64,000 nt of DNA. It comes from an uncultured Chloroflexia bacterium. GTDB lineage: Bacteria > Chloroflexota > Anaerolineae > CG2-30-64-16. The notes below the pieces were generated by a model. It searched no databases, was not told the origin of the DNA, and worked only from the letters and a program-made list of their open reading frames with translations. Below are positions 21,876 to 33,100 of the stretch, in pieces. How positions within the stretch are numbered: position 1 is the first letter of the stretch; each line of letters opens with the position of its first letter. Made by a program: the position numbers and the translations under genes. The DNA is taken from assembly GCA_963810095.1 (NCBI GenBank), contig CAWEMM010000011.1:64001-128000 (forward strand), read 5' to 3'.

Positions 21876-24800
21876 ATGACCGACGACTTCAACGCGGCGA
21901 TGAACCAAGGCGAACAGGCCGAAAACGACCCGCTGTCCAACGGCTGGTCCGAGTTCGACCTCGCCATTGTCGGCATGGCCGGCCGCTTCCCTGGCTCGCC
22001 CGACCTGGACGCGTTCTGGCGCAATCTGGTGGACGGAGTCGAGTGCGTCCGCCGGTTCACGGACGAGGAAGTGGCCGCGGCGGGCGTGGACCCTGCGCTG
22101 AGCAGCCAACCCCACTATGTCAAGGCGGGAGGCGTGCTCGAAGGCGCAGAGTGGTTCGACGCGCATTTCTTCGGCGTTTACCCCCGCGAAGCCGAGATCA
22201 TGGACCCCCAGCATCGTGTCTTCCTGGAGGTAGCGTGGCATGCGCTGGAGCATGCGGGATATGATCCGGCAACCTCCGAGTCGACAGGGGCAGGCGCTAT
22301 CGGCGTCTATGCGGGCTGCGGGCTCAACACCTACCTGATCTACAACCTGGCGCAGAACCGCGAGATTCGCGAGAACGTCCAGGGCTACCAACTGACCATT
22401 GCCAACGACAAGGACTACCTGCCGAGTCGGGTCGCCTACAAGCTGAACCTCCGTGGACCCGCCGTCAACGTGCAAACGGCTTGCTCCACCTCGCTCGTCG
22501 CCACCCACCTGGCCTGCCAGGCGCTGCTGAGCCACGACTGCGACATGGCGCTGGCCGGCGGCGTGACGGTGCGGCTGCCACAACAGGGCGGCTATTTGTA
22601 CCAGGAAGGCGGCATTATGTCGCCCGACGGGCACTGCCGTGCTTTTGACGCACAGGCCGCTGGCACGGTCGGCGGCAACGGCGTCGGCATCGTCGTGCTG
22701 AAGCGGCTGAGCGATGCGCTGGCGGACGGAGACACGATCCACGCGGTGATCAAGGGCACCGCGATCAACAACGACGGCTCGAACAAGGTCGGCTACACCG
22801 CGCCCAGCGTGGAAGGCCAAACCGGGGTGATTTCCGCCGCACACGCAGTGGCCAACGTCGACCCCAGCACCATTTCTTACGTCGAAACGCACGGCACGGG
22901 CACCGCGCTGGGCGACCCGATCGAGATCACCGCCTTGACCAACGCGTTCGGCCTGGCGGCCGGTCCGGATGATCTTCCGGCTCAAACGTGCGCCATTGGC
23001 TCGCTGAAGCCGAACGTGGGCCATCTCGATGCAGCGGCCGGCATCGCCGGCCTCATCAAGACGACACTCGCGCTGGAGAACGGGCAGATCCCGCCCAGCA
23101 TCAACTTCAGTGCGCCCAACCCACAGATCGACTTCGCCAAATCACCGTTTTATGTAAACGACAGGCTGAGCGAATGGCGATCAACGGGCGGCCATCGCCG
23201 GGCAGGCGTAAGCTCGTTCGGCATCGGCGGCACGAACGCGCACGTCGTCTTGGAAGAAGCGCCGCCCCCCGCCCCTGCCGGCGCCTCACGAGCTGCGCAA
23301 CTGCTGGTAGTTTCCGCAAAGACGGAAGCGGCGCTCGACGCAGCCACTGCCAACCTGGCCCAGTTCCTGGCAGACCGTCCGGCAGTCAACCTCGCGGATG
23401 CGGCCTATACGCTCCAGGTCGGACGCCAGCCGTTCGCCTACAGGCGGGTTGCCGTCGTGCGCGATCTGGCAGACGCCTGCGTCGTGCTCGAAGGCCGCGC
23501 GCCCGGCCGTTTGGTCGGCAATGGCGGCGCGGCCGGTGCGACAAGCGTCGCGTTCATGTTCACCGGGCAAGGCAGCCAGTATGCCGGCATGGGGCTCGGG
23601 CTGTACAAGGCGGAACCGGTCTTTCGCGACGCCGTGGATCGCTGTGCGGACATCCTGCGGCCTCACCTCGCGACTGATATCCGGGGCTTGATCTATCCGC
23701 GGGTTGCGGATGGTGCCGACGAACGCCTCAAGCAGACGGCCATGACGCAACCTGCGCTGTTCGTAGTCGAGTACGCGTTGGCGCAATTGTGGCTGGCGTG
23801 GGGCGTGAGGCCCGGCGCGATGATCGGCCATTCGATCGGCGAGTACGTGGCCGCACATCTCGCGGGCGTGATGTCTCTGGACGACGCACTTATGATCGTG
23901 GCGGCCCGCGGACGATTGATGGGCAGCCTGCCCGGCGGCTCGATGCTCGGCCTGCCCCTCGGCGAGGAGGACGCGCACGCGCTGCTGGTCCGCCACCCCC
24001 GGCTCGCCGTCGCCACGATCAACGCGCCCGGCATGGTCGTCGTGGCCGGCCCGGACGAGGCTGTCGAGTCCCTGGAGCAAGAACTGGCCGGCAAGAAGAT
24101 TGCAACCCGGCGGCTGCACACCTCCCACGCGTTCCACTCGGCTATGATGGACCCCATCCTCGCACCCTTCGCCGACGTCGTCCGTCGTGCCCGTCTGAGC
24201 GCGCCCGCCACACCGTATGTCTCGAACGTGACCGGCACGTGGATCACCGCCGCAGACGCGACCGATCCGGCCTACTACGCCCGCCATCTGCGCGGCGCAG
24301 TCCGCTTTGCCGACGGACTGGCCGCGTTGGCCGCCGAACCAAACCGGGCCTTCCTGGAAGTGGGCCCTGGGCCGACGTTGGCAGGCCTGGCCAAGGCACA
24401 CCCGGCGGTGGGCCGGGAGCGCCGTGTCGTGACGTCGCTGCGCCACCCCCGCGAAGCGGCCGACGACCTCGAGTTTATGCTCGGCGCGCTCGGGCAACTG
24501 TGGCTCGGGGGCATTGTGCCGCGCTGGGATGCGGCCGAGGAACGCGACGGTGCGCCGTGGGTCGCGTTCTACGGTGGCCAGAACCGGCACGAGCGGCGTC
24601 GCCGCATTCCGCTGCCCCTATACCCCTTCCAACGCGAGCGCTTCTGGGTGGAGCCCGACACGAAGCTTGGTGCGCCGGCCACGGACGAGAGTCGTGCAGC
24701 CAAGACGGCCGACATAGCGGGCTGGTTCTACGTGCCGTCCTGGCGCCGCATCCCCATGCCCCCGCGCTCCGACGCCTCGGGGTGGCAGGTGCTGGTCTTC

Positions 24801-27800
24801 GCACTCGGGCACGAGGCACTCGGGCACGAGGCACTCGGGGACGAGGCGCTGATGGATGAGGCTCTCGCAGACGAGGCCCACGAGGGCACCGTCCAACTCC
24901 TTGCGGCCCGTGCGTGCGGGCGACCGGTGGTGGTGCGGCCGGGTAGGGGCTTTGCCGAGGGAGCGGACGGCTTCACGGTCGAGCCAGGGGCGGTCGAGCA
25001 GTACGAGGCCCTGTTCCGCGCGCTCGAGGCCGAGGGTCGCCTGCCGCAGTCCATCCTGCACTTGTGGAGCGCGGGGCAGGGTCAGGACGAGAGCGCGGTC
25101 CAGTCGCACGGTTTCGACAGCCTGGTCGCGCTGGCGCGGGCCTGGGGCACCGTTGCCGGCAGCGCCGAGGTCCAGGTCGACGTGGTCACCAGGGGCATCT
25201 ACAGCGTGACGGGAGACGAGCCAACCACGCCCGCCGCGGCGATGATCCTCGGCGCAGCGCGTGTCATCGGGCAGGAGACTCCCGGGATTAAGGTGCGAGT
25301 GGTGGACCTGGCCGCGGGCGAAGAGAATGCAGCCTGGCTGGCCGACGTGGCGTTCACGGAGCACCGGCAGCAGGTCGTTGCGCTGCGCGGCCGGCACTGC
25401 TGGGCGCAAGGCTTCGAGCGGCTAGAGACCGGTTCGCCTGCCGGCGGCTCGTCGCGGCTGCGACAGCAGGGGGTTTACCTGATTACGGGCGGGCTGGGCC
25501 GGATCGGGCTGGTGCTTGCCGCCCACCTCGCCTCAAGCGTGCAGGCGCGGTTGGTCCTTGTGGATCGCATCGCGCTGCCCGAGCGCGACGCATGGCCCCG
25601 ACTGCTGGCGGACGGCGACCCGGGAGAGGACCCCGCGGCCGGGCCGGCCGCGGCGCTCCGAGCCCGCCTGCAGAAGGTGCTGGCGATCGAGGCGGCCGGT
25701 GGGGCGGTCCTCTCGCTCCAGGCCGACGTCGCCGATTCCGCGCAGATGGCCGCGGCGGTGGACGAGACCATTAGCCGGTTTGGTGCACTGCACGGGGTGA
25801 TCCACGCGGCGGGGACCGTGGGACAGGCCGCAATCCGCTCGATTTCAGAGACGGACGCTGCAGTTCGCGAGGCGCAACTTGGGCCGAAGGCCGGCGGTGC
25901 CTACGCGCTGGCCCAGGCCCTCGGAGCGCATGGCGGCGAACTCGATTTCGTGATCCTGATGTCCTCCGTGTCGACCGTCCTCGGCGGCCTTGGATTCGCC
26001 GCGTACGCGGGCGCCAACAGCGTTCTCGAAGCGTTTGCGCTTGAGCAGGCGCGAGCCGGCCACCCGTGGCTGAGCGTGGCGTGGGACGGCTGGGCATTTG
26101 CAGAGGAACGCGCGCTGGGCGCGGCCGCGGCAGGTGCGCTGGCCTTCGCCATCACCCCGGAAGAAGGCGTCGCCGTATTTGACCGGCTGCTGTCCGTCGT
26201 CGACCAGGGCGCAGTCGTCGTGTCGACCGGTGATCTCAATCTGCGACTTGTGCGCGCACAGGCAGGCGAGACGCGTCCCAAGCCCGCGGCGGGCGGCACG
26301 GAGAAACCGTCCGGCAAATACGCCCGACCTCACATGCGCACAGCGTACGTGGAACCGTCAGACGACGTGGAACGCGCGATCGCGGCCGACTGGGAAGGCA
26401 TCCTGGGGATCTCGCCGGTCGGCGTGCACGACGACTTCTTTGAGCTCGGTGGGCACTCGCTCCTGGCGACGCAGCTGGTGTCGCGGCTACGCGACGCGTA
26501 TCATGTCGAACTACCGCTGCGAAACCTGTTTGAGACGCCCACGATCGCCGGCCTGGCCGCGGCGATTCGCCGCGCGCAGGGTGCGGGCGCCGGGGCAGCC
26601 GAGGGACCGGCCGGTCCCAGCGCCCGCGAAGCTATCCTGCCGCTCCCCCGCGACGGCGAGCTGCCGCTGTCGTTCGGCCAGGAACGGTTGTGGTTCCTCG
26701 ACCAACTGGCCCCCGGCAGCGCCCTGTACAACAACTTCGCCGCCCTGAGGCTCAACCCCACGGGCGAGGGCGCACCCCTGGACCCGGCGCGGCTCGAATG
26801 GGCGCTCAACCAGGTTATCGCCCGCCACGAGGTGTTGCGCACGGTCTTCGGCGAGCGCGACGGTAAACCGACGCAGACCATCTTGCCCGCCATTCCGGTC
26901 TCGGTCCCCGTGATCGACGTCGCTACGATGGAGGACCCGCAGGGGGCCGGGCAGCGCGTGGAGGACCTGGCGCGGGAAGAGGCGCGGGCGCCCTTCGACC
27001 TGGGCAAGGGCCCACTCCTGCGCGCGAAGCTGCTGCGCACGGGCGCGGACGAATATGTCTTGTTCTTCACCATGCACCACATCGTATCTGACGGGTGGTC
27101 GGTGGGCGTGCTCATCCAAGAGGTCGTCCGGTTCTACGAATCGGGCGGCGACACGGTTCTCGCGCCGCTTCCAATCCAATATGGGGACTACGCGGCGTGG
27201 CAGCGGGAGTGGCTGGGCCGCGTTCGGGAAGAGCAGCTGGCGTACTGGCGCGGCCGGTTGACCCCCGAGCCTGAGCCGCTGGAGCTGGCAACCGACCGCC
27301 CCCGGCCCGCGGTGCAAACCTCGAACGGGGCCAACTACTGGTTCAGCGTCGCCCCGCGCACGCATCGCAAGCTGGAGGCGCTGGCGCAAGGCGAGGGCGC
27401 CACCCTGTTCATGGCGCTGCTGGCCGGGCTCCAGGCCCTGCTGCACCGCTACACAGGCCAGGAAGACATCTGCGTCGGAACACCGGTGGCGAACCGGGAC
27501 CGGAGCGAGACCGAAGGTTTGATCGGCTTCTTGCTCAACACGTTGGTGCTCCGCACCGATCTGTCGCCGGCGCCCGGTGCAGCCGGTGTCAGCTTCCGCG
27601 AGCTCCTCGGCCGGGTGCGTGAGGTGGCCTTGGGCACGTACGCGCACCAGGACCTGCCGTTCGAGAGCCTGGTCGAAGGTGCTCTGCACGGCGGTCTCCA
27701 GCCGGCCCGGGATATGAGCCGCTCGCCCTATTTCCAGGTCATGTTCGACCTGCAGGCCGCGCCCCTCGCAGGGATCACGCTGCCGGGCATGTCGCTCGCA

Positions 27801-30056
27801 CCCCTCCGCGTCGACGGCGGCACGGCCAAGTTCGACCTGGCATTGTCGCTCGAATACGGACCGTCCGACGACGGCGGCGCGCTAGGCGGCTACCTGAACT
27901 ACAACAGCGATCTTTTCGACGCAGAGACCGTCGTGGCGATGGTCGAGCACCTGAACCTGCTGCTGGCCGACGCGGTCGACCGGCCAGACGCAGCTATCTC
28001 GGAGCTTGCGCTCATTTCGGCCGCCGAGTCGCGCCGGCTCCTGGTCGAGTGGGCGGACGGCGGGCTGAGTACACAGCCGCTGGGGGCCGGGCAGACCGTC
28101 GTCTCAATGTTCGAAGAGCAGGCCAGGCTGCGCCCCTTGCAGCCGGCGGTCGTGATGGCCGACGGCAGCGGCGCGACCCTGACCTACGCCGCGCTCAACG
28201 AGCGGGCGAATAAAATGGCGCGCTGCATGGCGGAGAGCGGCATCGGGCACAAACCCGATCAGATCGTCGCCTTGTTGCTGCACCGGTCCGTCGACATGAT
28301 CGCAGCCATTTGGGCCGTGCTCAAGGCCGGAGCCGCGTTCGTGCCGATCGATCCGGGGAACCCGCCCGAACGCATCGCGTTCATGCTGGCGGACTCAGGC
28401 GCTGCCGCCTTGATCACGGATGGTCCTGCCGACATGGCGGCACTGCCCCAGCATGTATTCCAAGTCGACGCGGACGGCGCGCGGTTCGCAGGGCAGCCTG
28501 GCCGCGACCTCGGGCTCCGGCTGCCGGGTTCAGCGCTGGCGTACGTGATTTACACGTCGGGCTCGACCGGCCATCCCAAAGGCGTCCTGATCGAGCACGG
28601 CGGGCTGGCACAGCACATCGTCGACGTCACTGCGCGCTTCGGCCTCCGGCCGGGCGATCACATCCTTCAGTTTGCCGCGTATACCTTCGACCAGGGGCTC
28701 GAACAGGTGCTGACGGCGCTGACGGTTGGCGGCACCCTCGTGGTGCGCGGCGACGAAGTCTGGCCGCCGGCCGAGTTCCCGCAGGTCCTGGCCGGCTACG
28801 GGCTGAACGTGGTGAACCTCCCACCGGCATACTGGAACCAGGTGCTGCTCGAGTGGGTGGCCTCAGAGCCCACCAACAAGCTGCCGAAGCGCCAGCTCCG
28901 CACGGTGATCAGCGGCGGCGATGTCCTCACGCCCGAAAGCCTGCGGCTGTGGAGCCAGGTGCAGGCGACCACGGGCCTGGCCGGCGAAGGCGCGCCGGGG
29001 GTGCGCCTCATCAACGCTTACGGCCCCACTGAGACGACCGTCACCGCCTGTGCGTTCGACGTCCCGGGTGACTGGTTCGCCCGGTCAAGCCGCCCCGTGC
29101 CGGTTGGGCGGCCCCTTCCAAACCGCCTGGCCTACGTGGTGGACCGGCACGGCAGGCCAACGCCCGCGGGCGTGCCCGGCGAGTTGTGGCTGGGTGGGAA
29201 CGGCGTGGCACGAGAATATCTGAACCGCGACGAGCTTACCGCCGAAAAGTTTGTCGAGAACCCGTTTATACAGGTGATGACCGGCCGCGCGCCTGCGACG
29301 GCTCGGGTCTATCGCACCGGCGACCTGGTGCGCTACACGCGAGACGGGAACCTGGAGTTCATGGGCCGGATCGACCAGCAGGTTAAGGTGCGCGGCTTCC
29401 GCATCGAGCTCGGCGAGATCGAGGCCGCGCTGCTCGAGCACCCGAGCGTGGCTGCGGCCGTCGTGGTTGATCGGGGCGATGGGGGCGACAAGCAGCTTGT
29501 GGCCTTCTACGTTGCCGCCGCGAGCGCACCCGCACCGGGTGTCCTGCGCACATTCCTGGGCGAGAAGCTGCCCGGTTACATGGTCCCGGCCGCATTTGTC
29601 GCCCTTCCGACTCTCCCCCTGACCGCCAGCGGAAAGGTGGACCGGACCCCCCTGCGCACCGCGACGCTGCCCGCGCCAGACGATATCGATGCGGGTGAGT
29701 CCTACGTCGCTCCCAGGACGCCGGTCGAAACCAAAATCGCGGCAATCTGGGCAGGGGTGCTCGGGGCGCCGCGGGTCGGCGTCAACGACAACTTCTTCGA
29801 CCTGGGCGGACACTCGCTCCTGGCCACGCAGATCGTCTCGCGGCTGCGTGCCCACTACCCGGTCGACCTCCCCTTGCGGCGGCTTTTCGAGTCGCCCACG
29901 GTTGCCGGGCTTGCCGGCCTCGTCGAAGAGGGTCTGCTCGCTCAGCAGAGCGAGGAAGACCTGGCCGCCCTGTTGGCCGAACTGGACGGATTGAGCGAAG
30001 AGGAAACGCGCCTGCTCCTGGATGACGCTGCAGCGGAGCAGGGCAACGAGGCATAG
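21876..30056 (+). CDS. Hybrid PKS/NRPS 2: KS-AT-KR-ACP-C-A2-PCP
   Basis: Intact 2726 aa; hybrid-type KS NDKDYLPSRVAYKLNLRGPAVNVQTACSTSL; AT GHSIGE/HAFH; KR TGGLGRIG and AAYAGAN; no DH seen; HHIVSDGWS; A core motifs; two GGHSL carriers. Confidence 0.95.
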   Translation: MTDDFNAAMNQGEQAENDPLSNGWSEFDLAIVGMAGRFPGSPDLDAFWRNLVDGVECVRRFTDEEVAAAGVDPALSSQPHYVKAGGVLEGAEWFDAHFFGVYPREAEIMDPQHRVFLEVAWHALEHAGYDPATSESTGAGAIGVYAGCGLNTYLIYNLAQNREIRENVQGYQLTIANDKDYLPSRVAYKLNLRGPAVNVQTACSTSLVATHLACQALLSHDCDMALAGGVTVRLPQQGGYLYQEGGIMSPDGHCRAFDAQAAGTVGGNGVGIVVLKRLSDALADGDTIHAVIKGTAINNDGSNKVGYTAPSVEGQTGVISAAHAVANVDPSTISYVETHGTGTALGDPIEITALTNAFGLAAGPDDLPAQTCAIGSLKPNVGHLDAAAGIAGLIKTTLALENGQIPPSINFSAPNPQIDFAKSPFYVNDRLSEWRSTGGHRRAGVSSFGIGGTNAHVVLEEAPPPAPAGASRAAQLLVVSAKTEAALDAATANLAQFLADRPAVNLADAAYTLQVGRQPFAYRRVAVVRDLADACVVLEGRAPGRLVGNGGAAGATSVAFMFTGQGSQYAGMGLGLYKAEPVFRDAVDRCADILRPHLATDIRGLIYPRVADGADERLKQTAMTQPALFVVEYALAQLWLAWGVRPGAMIGHSIGEYVAAHLAGVMSLDDALMIVAARGRLMGSLPGGSMLGLPLGEEDAHALLVRHPRLAVATINAPGMVVVAGPDEAVESLEQELAGKKIATRRLHTSHAFHSAMMDPILAPFADVVRRARLSAPATPYVSNVTGTWITAADATDPAYYARHLRGAVRFADGLAALAAEPNRAFLEVGPGPTLAGLAKAHPAVGRERRVVTSLRHPREAADDLEFMLGALGQLWLGGIVPRWDAAEERDGAPWVAFYGGQNRHERRRRIPLPLYPFQRERFWVEPDTKLGAPATDESRAAKTADIAGWFYVPSWRRIPMPPRSDASGWQVLVFALGHEALGHEALGDEALMDEALADEAHEGTVQLLAARACGRPVVVRPGRGFAEGADGFTVEPGAVEQYEALFRALEAEGRLPQSILHLWSAGQGQDESAVQSHGFDSLVALARAWGTVAGSAEVQVDVVTRGIYSVTGDEPTTPAAAMILGAARVIGQETPGIKVRVVDLAAGEENAAWLADVAFTEHRQQVVALRGRHCWAQGFERLETGSPAGGSSRLRQQGVYLITGGLGRIGLVLAAHLASSVQARLVLVDRIALPERDAWPRLLADGDPGEDPAAGPAAALRARLQKVLAIEAAGGAVLSLQADVADSAQMAAAVDETISRFGALHGVIHAAGTVGQAAIRSISETDAAVREAQLGPKAGGAYALAQALGAHGGELDFVILMSSVSTVLGGLGFAAYAGANSVLEAFALEQARAGHPWLSVAWDGWAFAEERALGAAAAGALAFAITPEEGVAVFDRLLSVVDQGAVVVSTGDLNLRLVRAQAGETRPKPAAGGTEKPSGKYARPHMRTAYVEPSDDVERAIAADWEGILGISPVGVHDDFFELGGHSLLATQLVSRLRDAYHVELPLRNLFETPTIAGLAAAIRRAQGAGAGAAEGPAGPSAREAILPLPRDGELPLSFGQERLWFLDQLAPGSALYNNFAALRLNPTGEGAPLDPARLEWALNQVIARHEVLRTVFGERDGKPTQTILPAIPVSVPVIDVATMEDPQGAGQRVEDLAREEARAPFDLGKGPLLRAKLLRTGADEYVLFFTMHHIVSDGWSVGVLIQEVVRFYESGGDTVLAPLPIQYGDYAAWQREWLGRVREEQLAYWRGRLTPEPEPLELATDRPRPAVQTSNGANYWFSVAPRTHRKLEALAQGEGATLFMALLAGLQALLHRYTGQEDICVGTPVANRDRSETEGLIGFLLNTLVLRTDLSPAPGAAGVSFRELLGRVREVALGTYAHQDLPFESLVEGALHGGLQPARDMSRSPYFQVMFDLQAAPLAGITLPGMSLAPLRVDGGTAKFDLALSLEYGPSDDGGALGGYLNYNSDLFDAETVVAMVEHLNLLLADAVDRPDAAISELALISAAESRRLLVEWADGGLSTQPLGAGQTVVSMFEEQARLRPLQPAVVMADGSGATLTYAALNERANKMARCMAESGIGHKPDQIVALLLHRSVDMIAAIWAVLKAGAAFVPIDPGNPPERIAFMLADSGAAALITDGPADMAALPQHVFQVDADGARFAGQPGRDLGLRLPGSALAYVIYTSGSTGHPKGVLIEHGGLAQHIVDVTARFGLRPGDHILQFAAYTFDQGLEQVLTALTVGGTLVVRGDEVWPPAEFPQVLAGYGLNVVNLPPAYWNQVLLEWVASEPTNKLPKRQLRTVISGGDVLTPESLRLWSQVQATTGLAGEGAPGVRLINAYGPTETTVTACAFDVPGDWFARSSRPVPVGRPLPNRLAYVVDRHGRPTPAGVPGELWLGGNGVAREYLNRDELTAEKFVENPFIQVMTGRAPATARVYRTGDLVRYTRDGNLEFMGRIDQQVKVRGFRIELGEIEAALLEHPSVAAAVVVDRGDGGDKQLVAFYVAAASAPAPGVLRTFLGEKLPGYMVPAAFVALPTLPLTASGKVDRTPLRTATLPAPDDIDAGESYVAPRTPVETKIAAIWAGVLGAPRVGVNDNFFDLGGHSLLATQIVSRLRAHYPVDLPLRRLFESPTVAGLAGLVEEGLLAQQSEEDLAALLAELDGLSEEETRLLLDDAAAEQGNEA
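24801..24875 (+). repeat. In-frame 15-bp tandem repeat x5 in the AT-KR linker
   Basis: GCACTCGGGCACGAG x2, GCACTCGGGGACGAG, GCGCTGATGGATGAG, GCTCTCGCAGACGAG (ALGHE, ALGHE, ALGDE, ALMDE, ALADE). Confidence 0.8.
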
Positions 30057-30103
30057 ATCATTAGCAGGATTTGTACCTGGCGCACATTGAAGAGAGCTGA
30101 CAC

Positions 30104-33100
30104 ATGACGCGCATTTCATCGAGCATATTGGACGGGCTATCGCCGGAGAAGCGAGCGCTGTTTCTTGAGAAACTCCGCCAAAAAGGACAGTTAGCCGCAG
30201 CGCAAGGCGCGGAGGAATGGCGTCCCATTCCACGCCGCGCCGATACTGCCGCCTACCCGCTGTCCTTTGCCCAACAGCGACTGTGGATTCTGAGCCAGCT
30301 CGAACCGGATAGCCCCTTTTACAACATTCCCCTGGCGCTCCGGCTGTCGGGCCCGCTTGACGTGGCTGCGCTGGAACGCGCGCTGAACGAGATCGTCGGC
30401 CGGCACGATGTGCTCCGGGCGAGCTTCATCACGGAACGCGGCAACCCGGTCCAGGTCATCGCCCCCGAGCTGCGGCTCTCGCTGCAGCCCGAAGAACTCG
30501 CTCCCGCCTCTTCCGGTGCAAGCGCCGCGGCCGGTGTGGAAGCTGCCGCCCGCAGCATCGCGGCCGCTGAGGCACGCCGACCCTTCGATCTCATGCGGGG
30601 TCCGCTCGTCCGCAGCCGCCTGCTTAAGCTGGCCGGCGACGAGTTCCTGGCGCTGCTCACCTTCCACCACATCGTGATGGACGGTTGGTCCACGGGTGTC
30701 TTCGTGTCCGAACTGGGCGCGCTATATGCAGCATATGCAGGCCCAGGGAAGGATGGGGTCCCCTCCCCGCTTGCGCCGCTGCAAATCCAGTATGCCGACT
30801 TTGCGGCCTGGCAGCGCGGTCAGTTGCAAGGCGAGCGGCTCAGTGCGGAGCTGGCCTACTGGAAAGAGCAGTTGCATGGCATCCCGCCGACGCTTGAGCT
30901 GCCCACCGACCGGCCCCGGCCAGCAGTGCAGACGGTGAACGGCGCAGTGTACCCCTTCGAACTGCCCGCGCACCTGGTGGACCGGCTTCGTACGCTGGCG
31001 CACAACGACACCGCCACCGGAGGTGGCGCCGCGACGCTTTACCAGGTGCTCCTGGGGGCTTTCCAGGTGCTGCTCCACCGGTACTCGAACCAGGATGACA
31101 TCTGCGTCGGCACGCCCGTCGCCAACCGCAACCGGCAAGAAATCGAAGGCCTCATCGGGTTCTTTGTCAATACGCTCGTGATGCGAAGCCGGTTCGAGGA
31201 CAAGCCGAGCTTTCACGCCCTCCTGCGGCGGCTGAAGGAACAGGCGCTGGCGGCCCAGTCACACCAGGACGTACCGTTTGAGATGCTGGTGGACGAGTTG
31301 TCGGCTGCGGGGGAGGCCGCGGCGCAGCGCAACATGGCGGTTACCCCAGTCTTCCAGGTCATGTTCACGCTGGAGCAGAACTCGGGCGGCGACGGGCGAG
31401 CGGCTGCACCGCTGGTGGGGATCACGATTAACCCCGTCGCGACGCACAGCGGCACTGCCAAGTTCGACTTGACCCTGTTCGTGAGCGAGAACGCGAACGG
31501 GACCTTGACGGGCTCATTCGAGTACAACACCGACCTGTGGTACACGTCGACCATCGGACGCATCGCCGGACACTACCTCAAGCTGCTCGAGGGCATCGTA
31601 GCGCAGCCCGACACCTCCGTCGACTTGCTGCCGATCCTGACCGCGGCCGAAGTACGCCAGGTCATCCTGGAGTGGAACGATACGGCAACAGACTACCCGC
31701 GTGACCGGTGCCTGCACGAGTTGTTCGAGGAACAGGTGGGCCTGCGCCCGAACGCACCCGCGGTCACATACGGCGCCAACACGCTGAGCTACGCGGATTT
31801 GAACGCGCGAGCCAACCGGCTGGCACATTGGCTGCAGGAGCTGGGGGTCGGCCCCGAAGTGCTCGTAGGCGTCTATCTCGAGCGCGGGATCGATATGATC
31901 GTCGCGATCCTGGGCATCATCAAGGCCGGCGGCGCGTACTTGCCGCTTGACATGGAATACCCCGCCGACCGCCTCGCGTTCATGTTGGCTGACGGCAACG
32001 TTCCGGTTCTGATAACGCAGTCCATGCTCAGGGATCGGGCGGTGAAGCTCGTTGTCGAACGCCCCGAGCTAGTCCTGATCCAGATGGATGCCGACGCGCC
32101 GCAGCTGGCGTCGCGAAGCACAATGCCGCCCCCCGTTACAGTGAAGCCGGCGAACCTGGCCTACGTGATCTATACGTCAGGATCGACCGGGATCCCGAAA
32201 GGGGTTTCGATCCAGCAGCGCGCCATCGCCCGCTTGATCTTCAATACGAACTACATCGACCTGCAGCCGGGCGACAAGATCGGGCAAATTTCCAATGCAT
32301 CGTTCGATGCCGCTACCTTCGAGATATGGGGCTCGCTGCTGCGCGGCGGGGAGCTAATCGGGGTTGACAAGGAGACGGCGTTGTCGCCGGGCGCGCTCGC
32401 AGCCTACCTGCGCCGCAGCGGGATCGGGATCATGTTCCTGACCGCCGCACTCTTCAACTACGTCGCTTCAGAGGAACCGACCGCCTTCAACACGATGAGC
32501 TGCCTGATGGCGGGCGGCGAGGCCCTAGATCCTAGATGGGTGCGCCGAGTACTCGAGCACGGCGGACCGGCTCGCTTGCTGAATGGGTACGGGCCGACGG
32601 AGAGCACGACATTTGCCACCTGGCATCCCATTTCCGAGGTGCCGCCGGACGCCCTGGGCGTGCCGATCGGAAGGCCCCTCTCGAACACGCAGGTCTATGT
32701 GCTGGACCGTCACTTCCGCCCGGTCCCGATTGGTGTGTCTGGCGAGCTATGCATTGGCGGCGACGGGCTGGCGGTTGGCTACCTGAACCGGCCCGAGTTG
32801 ACCGCAGAAAAGTTCGTGCCCAACCCGTTCGACGGCCACGATGCCCCGCGCCTCTACCGGACGGGCGACCTCGTGCGGTGGCTGCCAAATGGCAGCATCG
32901 AGTTCCAGGGGCGTATCGATCACCAGGTAAAGATCCGCGGGTTCCGCATCGAGCTCGGCGAGATCGAGACCATGCTGGGACGCCACCCGCAGGTGCGCCA
33001 GGCGTTTGCGATGGTCAGCCCCGGCAACCTGGTGCAGGATGCATCGGGTGCGGGCGCGGACACGATCAGTTCGACAGAGCGCAAGATCGTGGCGTGCATT

